Shown here one piece after another: positions 46,726 through 50,639 of a stretch of DNA of 50,639 bases. A program made the translations under genes and the position numbers. Source of the stretch: Acytostelium subglobosum (Eukaryota); contig NW_012236509.1 in assembly GCF_000787575.1 (NCBI RefSeq), positions 13,362 to 64,000 on the forward strand. Direction: 5' to 3'. The notes under the pieces were generated by a model, which made no database searches, was not told the DNA's origin, and saw only the letters and a list, made by a program, of their open reading frames with translations. The stretch's first letter is position 1. Every line of letters begins with the position of its first letter.

Positions 46726-47972
46726 ATGAACAACAACATAATAAATATAGTTACAGCTACTACAGATAATACAACAAACATTATCAGTTTGTTTAAAGCT
46801 GGTAGGTTGTAACAACATCGATACTTACATTCGTCAATTCAAACATACTAATCTCCAACTGACACATAGAGTTGACCAAGCGAGGCGTTGATTGGAACTC
46901 ACAACAGAAGCCTACTATACACTTGGACACTAAATACTATAGTTGTGATGTACAACTTCATATAGTAGAGTCTAGCAGTGGTTCTGCAGAGGATGCTGTT
47001 TCATCATCAGGTGTGGTAGCATCATCATTGGATGATGTAAAGATTGTCTTTGTACTCTATGATGCTTCAAACATTACATTGGATACAATCAAACAACGTT
47101 ACAATGCTCTGGAAGAGTCATATGATGCTGTGGAGTCAATCGTATTGTTGGAGGTGAGCTCCAATCCAGAGTCCACATCATCAGATATCGAACAATGGTG
47201 TGCTGACATGGCAATAGAGAATATATACATGGACAATGAGAAGCATAGGTCACGTGAGCAACAAAGAGACTCTGACACTGGTACATATCATCATCATCAT
47301 CATCATCATCACTTCATTGATTGATATGAACATGAACTAACTTGATGTTCCCACCAATCAATCACTGACAACACAGACTCATCAAGGATAAAGTATGGAA
47401 CAGAACGTTTGGTTGAGATACTAGAGACTACAATGTGGGATGATATGGAGTATAAGACTGAGAGTAGACCGACAGCCTCTAGCCATCATGTCAAGGAAGA
47501 GGAGAATGAGGAAGAGGATGGTGATGTGACTGCCTCTGCTGCTGCTTCTGCTATTGGACTGGAACAGAAGCAACAAGAGCAGGATGATATTGTCAAGATA
47601 TTGGAACAGACAATGATTGGATCGACATCGTCATCACAGAAGCAACCGGCAACAGGTGGTCAGGATCAGTCATTGAATCAATCATTGAAATCACTGGAGA
47701 CATACTTTGAGAAGTTGGCAAAGCCATCACCTTCTGCACCTAAAGACAAGGTGGAGAACGAGGATGAAGATGACGACTTGAACAAGGTAAATGAGGAGTT
47801 TGGATATTTCGATATGATGCAGGGATACGTTGGACAACTTCAAGAGCTACGTGGACAGATGCAAGGTCTGCCAGATGACCAACGACGTGCAATGTCTGCC
47901 AAGATTGCAATGATGTTTGCCTCACAGTTTGGTGGGGATGATGACGACCTCGATGATGAGGACCTGGATTGA
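46726..47972 (+). CDS. aagab: Alpha- and gamma-adaptin-binding protein p34 (AAGAB) homologue. 3 exons.
   Basis: The exons are join(46726..46801, 46870..47280, 47377..47972), with phases checked. TIHLDTKYYSCDVQLHIV compares with human WTIDNKYYSADINLCVV. IEQWCADMAIENI compares with AQEWCIKHGFELV. The C-terminal LPDDQRRAMSAKIAMMFASQFGGDDDDLDDED compares with [36 protein letters not shown]. Intron 2 (GTACAT..CTAAC..CACAG) contains the (CAT)8 run that the ORF track renders as HHHHHHHH. Confidence 0.8.
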
Positions 47973-48103
47973 TTGTTTGACTGAGGACGGACTTTCCATT
48001 CCCATCCAAATATGTACAATTGGAAATAAACTCTTTATTCATTGATGTCATAGTCATCTAGAACTGACGATATACATTACAAACAAGGTGGTCGGTTGCT
48101 GTT

Positions 48104-48885
48104 TTAGTCAACAGAGTTGATGTTGTCGTCCTTCTCTGGTTTCTCCTTGCCCTCCTCCTCATCCTCTCCTCCGTGGCTGTGTCCATGGGAGTGACCATGA
48201 CCGCCGCCATGAGAGTGACCATGACCGCCGCCATGAGAGTGACCATGTCCATCTCCGTGACTGTGTCCATGTCCATCGTGATCGTCATGCTCGTCATGCT
48301 CGTCATGCTCGTCTTCCTCACCCTCGAGGTCATCATCCATGCCCATCGATGAGAAGTCCATACCGCCCATGCCACCCATGCCGCCCATGCCTCCCATTCC
48401 ACCCATGGCAGCAAACTTGCTTGGGTCAAACATGCCCTGGCCTTTGCCTCCCTCCTCTTCGTCATCGTCCAGGTCATCCTCGTCCTTCCATGTTGCCCAG
48501 TCGATAGTGACGAATCTTGACTTGGCTTTGTTGGCCAAAAGGTAGTTCCAGTAACCAGTGTCTTTCTTCTTGAAGAGGAAGGTGGGAAGTCTCATGTCGA
48601 TGGCGATTTTGCATTGCTCGGGGATGACCTCTTTGTAGAGTTCAATGTCCACCTCGTACTTCTTGTCACCTTGAGTGGCAGAGAATGTGAAGTGTGTTGG
48701 CTTGACATCCCATTTCAATTGGTTTTGTGTTGCTACGTCAACAGTGAGCAACAAGCTGTCTGGTCTCTCTGACCATGTTACATTTGGATGTAGACTATGT
48801 CGTTGTTATTGTGTATTGTTGTTGTTGTTGTTAGGTGAGCTCTTCATAAGTCGTTCCTGTCTGAACAGGTATCATCATACCTCAT
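48104..48885 (-). CDS. p23/Sba1-type Hsp90 co-chaperone with a CS domain. Its C-terminal tail is unusually rich in Gly-Met, acidic residues and His-Gly.
   Basis: The CS domain reads ..VTWSERPDSLLLTVDVATQNQLKWDVKPTHFTFSATQGDKKYEVDIELYKEVIPEQCKIAIDMRLPTFLFKKKDTGYWNYLL..VTIDWATWKDEDD. A p23-like FAAMGGMGGMGGMGGMGGM stretch follows, then DEHDEHDEHDDHDGHGHSHGDGHGHSHGGGHGHSHG. The likely start is a 5-nt first exon (ATGAG at 48885..48881). A GTATGA...GACATAG intron joins it to ..SLHPNVTWSERPD. The alternative is initiation at the internal Met of the listed ORF. Confidence 0.7.
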
Positions 48886-49883
48886 TATATCGAACTAAAT
48901 ATAGTGTATATGTTCTTGAACTTGTAATAATGAACTTGGGTGATGAACTTGCAACAAAGTAATTGACTTTCAACTCAAGAACTTCATCTTGAGCACACAC
49001 AAAGTCGAAAATTTAGTTCTTTGTTTATTCAATCTTGAACAAGACAGATACAGGTAGCAAGAGAGAGATAAAGAATGAAGTCATTACATTCAACCAAACA
49101 TATGTAATTCCAAGAGATCATCCTTATCTCAATCGTTGCTGTGCCCATGAGAGTGATCATTACACGCGGAGCCCTTCTGATGGCTAGAAGACACAAGTGA
49201 CTTGCTCGCCTAATCTTACAAGTAAGTAGTTAATTTATCAATGATTGGTCAAGAGAGAGAGAGTACATACCCCCAAGAAGATGAACGACGGAATGATGAA
49301 TACACATAATGTTCCAGATCAATGGACATATGTGCTTGGTTTTGAATGGAGTCATTACAATGGTCCTGGTCCATCAATCCAAAGCACATACCTTTCACAT
49401 TGACATATTCTCTCCAAGGTGCAATTGAAATCCAGAGAACGGTTCAACTTGTGTATTGTGAGAATGACAGAGTTTGTTGTTAAATCAACGACTTGTTAAC
49501 AAAATAGCAAAGGTTAAAGTTGTGCATTTGATGGATTCAGTGAACAATGACTCCAATCACTCCAACTGATCCGATCACCATTCATTCGGTGCGAGGGTTT
49601 GGAACCAAATCCACCTACTACCTTGGAAGTCCAAATCATCTCCAAAACACTAATATATATCTAACCAACAAACATAGGGTTCCTTATTACCATCAGGGTA
49701 CGTGACAAGTCACATACCCTGTTCAATCACTTCTATTGATATTAATACGACACTGATTGAGGAGATGGAAATTGAAACCATCTTCAACGGCAGCAGAAAC
49801 AACAACAACAACAAGTAACACCAACAGTCCGATCAATCAATCGATGTAGCAACAAAAGCAACAACAACTACATCATTACGATA

Positions 49884-50453
49884 TTGAGCGGAGGTCATCA
49901 TCACTCCGTCCTCATTGGCCATCAACAATCCAAGGCTGTGATCATTGATCCGTTGGTTTGGAAACATCATTTGACAATGGCCACATCGATTGTTAACCAA
50001 TTCAACAATGTTATTGACAACGAAGGCGCCAGCAGCAGCAGCAGGCATTTGGAGCTACATCACAACTTGAAGCCGATCCAAACTGACAACTGGAGTTGTG
50101 GACTGATGACCATTTACTTTGCCGAGTATGTTGTCGAGCATTGGGACAGGACATCAAGTAGCAGCAGAACAAGCAGCAAACAGGTGGATGCAATCATCAG
50201 CGAACTGGAGGATGCTCAACCAAGTCACATAATCAGTACAGTTGTGGACAGACACCTGACGACCTTCTTGGACAACCACATTAACAATGGCTCCATTTAT
50301 GACACACCAGCAAGAGTGGATACTCACCGACCAACGAAGAAGAGGATGGCTCCACAAAGAGAACGCAGCAGGCGAATAACAAGAAGTGTCGGTTGTCAAC
50401 CAAGTCCAACACACCAGAGACAACCTCCACTTGTAGATCAAAGAGCAGCGTGA
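49884..50453 (+). CDS. Ulp1/SENP-like C48 cysteine protease, catalytic C-terminal half only. It is a partial gene model that may continue past a GTGAGT donor at 50454 into Thr/Lys-rich low-complexity sequence.
   Basis: The listed ORF starts with TTG, not ATG. The catalytic triad context is ..HHHSVLIGHQQSKAVIIDPLVWKHH.. (His), IID (Asp) and ..LKPIQTDNWSCGLMTIYFAEYVV (Gln..Cys, the QQxNxxDCG-like motif). I found no upstream exon encoding the N-terminal half of the C48 fold. Confidence 0.45.
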   Translation: MSGGHHHSVLIGHQQSKAVIIDPLVWKHHLTMATSIVNQFNNVIDNEGASSSSRHLELHHNLKPIQTDNWSCGLMTIYFAEYVVEHWDRTSSSSRTSSKQVDAIISELEDAQPSHIISTVVDRHLTTFLDNHINNGSIYDTPARVDTHRPTKKRMAPQRERSRRITRSVGCQPSPTHQRQPPLVDQRAA

Positions 50454-50639
50454 GTGAACTGAAGCAGCATCAGTCAGCAACCAAAAGAAAGGCATCATCA
50501 TTGCCATCAACGACAACAACAACAACAACAACTGCTACACAGAACAAGAAGCCCAAGACAACGACAACTGCTGCTGCACAGACCAAGAAGCACAAGACAT
50601 CAACGACAACAACAACAACAACAACAACTGCTGCTAGTA

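Noticed and set aside
47281-47312. The His8 run (HHHHHHHH) at the end of ORF 46872..47324.
   Set aside because: The (CAT)8 run lies inside AAGAB intron 2, downstream of the GTACAT donor at 47281. It is not part of the spliced protein.
1-50639. Prokaryotic features: operons, CRISPR arrays, RBS-led genes.
   Set aside because: Spliceosomal introns are everywhere, with GT-AG boundaries and CTAAC branch points. The gene content is eukaryote-specific (MVP, Mediator, NF-YB, myotubularin, AAGAB). The tandem repeats are only tri- and tetranucleotide microsatellites such as (CAA)n, (GAAT)n, (CTAT)n and (GATTGATT)n, with no repeat-spacer architecture. Several ORF-track starts are GTG or TTG.

Overview
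This window reads as eukaryotic nuclear DNA, not prokaryotic. Coding exons are interrupted by short spliceosomal introns of about 60-110 nt. The donors are GTAAGT/GTATGT-type, several introns carry CTAAC or TACTAAC branch-point motifs, and the acceptors are YAG. Intergenic DNA is AT-rich. Coding regions carry poly-Asn, poly-Gln and poly-Thr tracts from (CAA)n, (AAC)n and (ACA)n runs. The supplied ORF track uses bacterial alternative start codons: the ORF at 9482..10528 begins with GTG, and the ORFs at 46872 and 49884 begin with TTG. Its 'M' residues are therefore not reliable starts, and exons lacking an in-frame start are missing from it. The low-complexity style, short introns with few per gene, and a major vault protein gene suggest an amoebozoan (dictyostelid-like) or similar compact protist genome. 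The roughly 40-45% GC I estimate by eye is too high for Dictyostelium discoideum itself. I cannot name the organism from sequence alone. I can support about 22 protein-coding genes, mostly from recognisable conserved motifs. They are: a large HEAT/ARM-like gene running off the window start, major vault protein (apparently C-terminally truncated), a double-CUE protein, a secreted type-B carboxylesterase, an FAD monooxygenase, MED6, a P-loop NTPase, a small 4-TM protein, a micro-exon ankyrin gene, one hypothetical protein, a large myotubularin-related phosphatase, a BABAM1/MERIT40 vWA reading frame that runs in-frame into a BTB/BACK protein, a TMUB/Dsc3-like UBL-TM protein, NF-YB, an F-box/LRR protein, MED17, KXD1, a Gly/Tyr/Pro-repeat protein, an F-box-JmjC-APH-kinase fusion, a type I membrane glycoprotein, Nab2/ZC3H14, a small 2-exon protein, AAGAB/p34, p23 co-chaperone, and a partial Ulp1-like protease at the window end. 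I found no rRNA, tRNA or CRISPR array. The only mobile-element-like signal is a decayed family-B DNA polymerase relic at about 14.5-15.0 kb. Exon boundaries are hand-derived and approximate where I say so.
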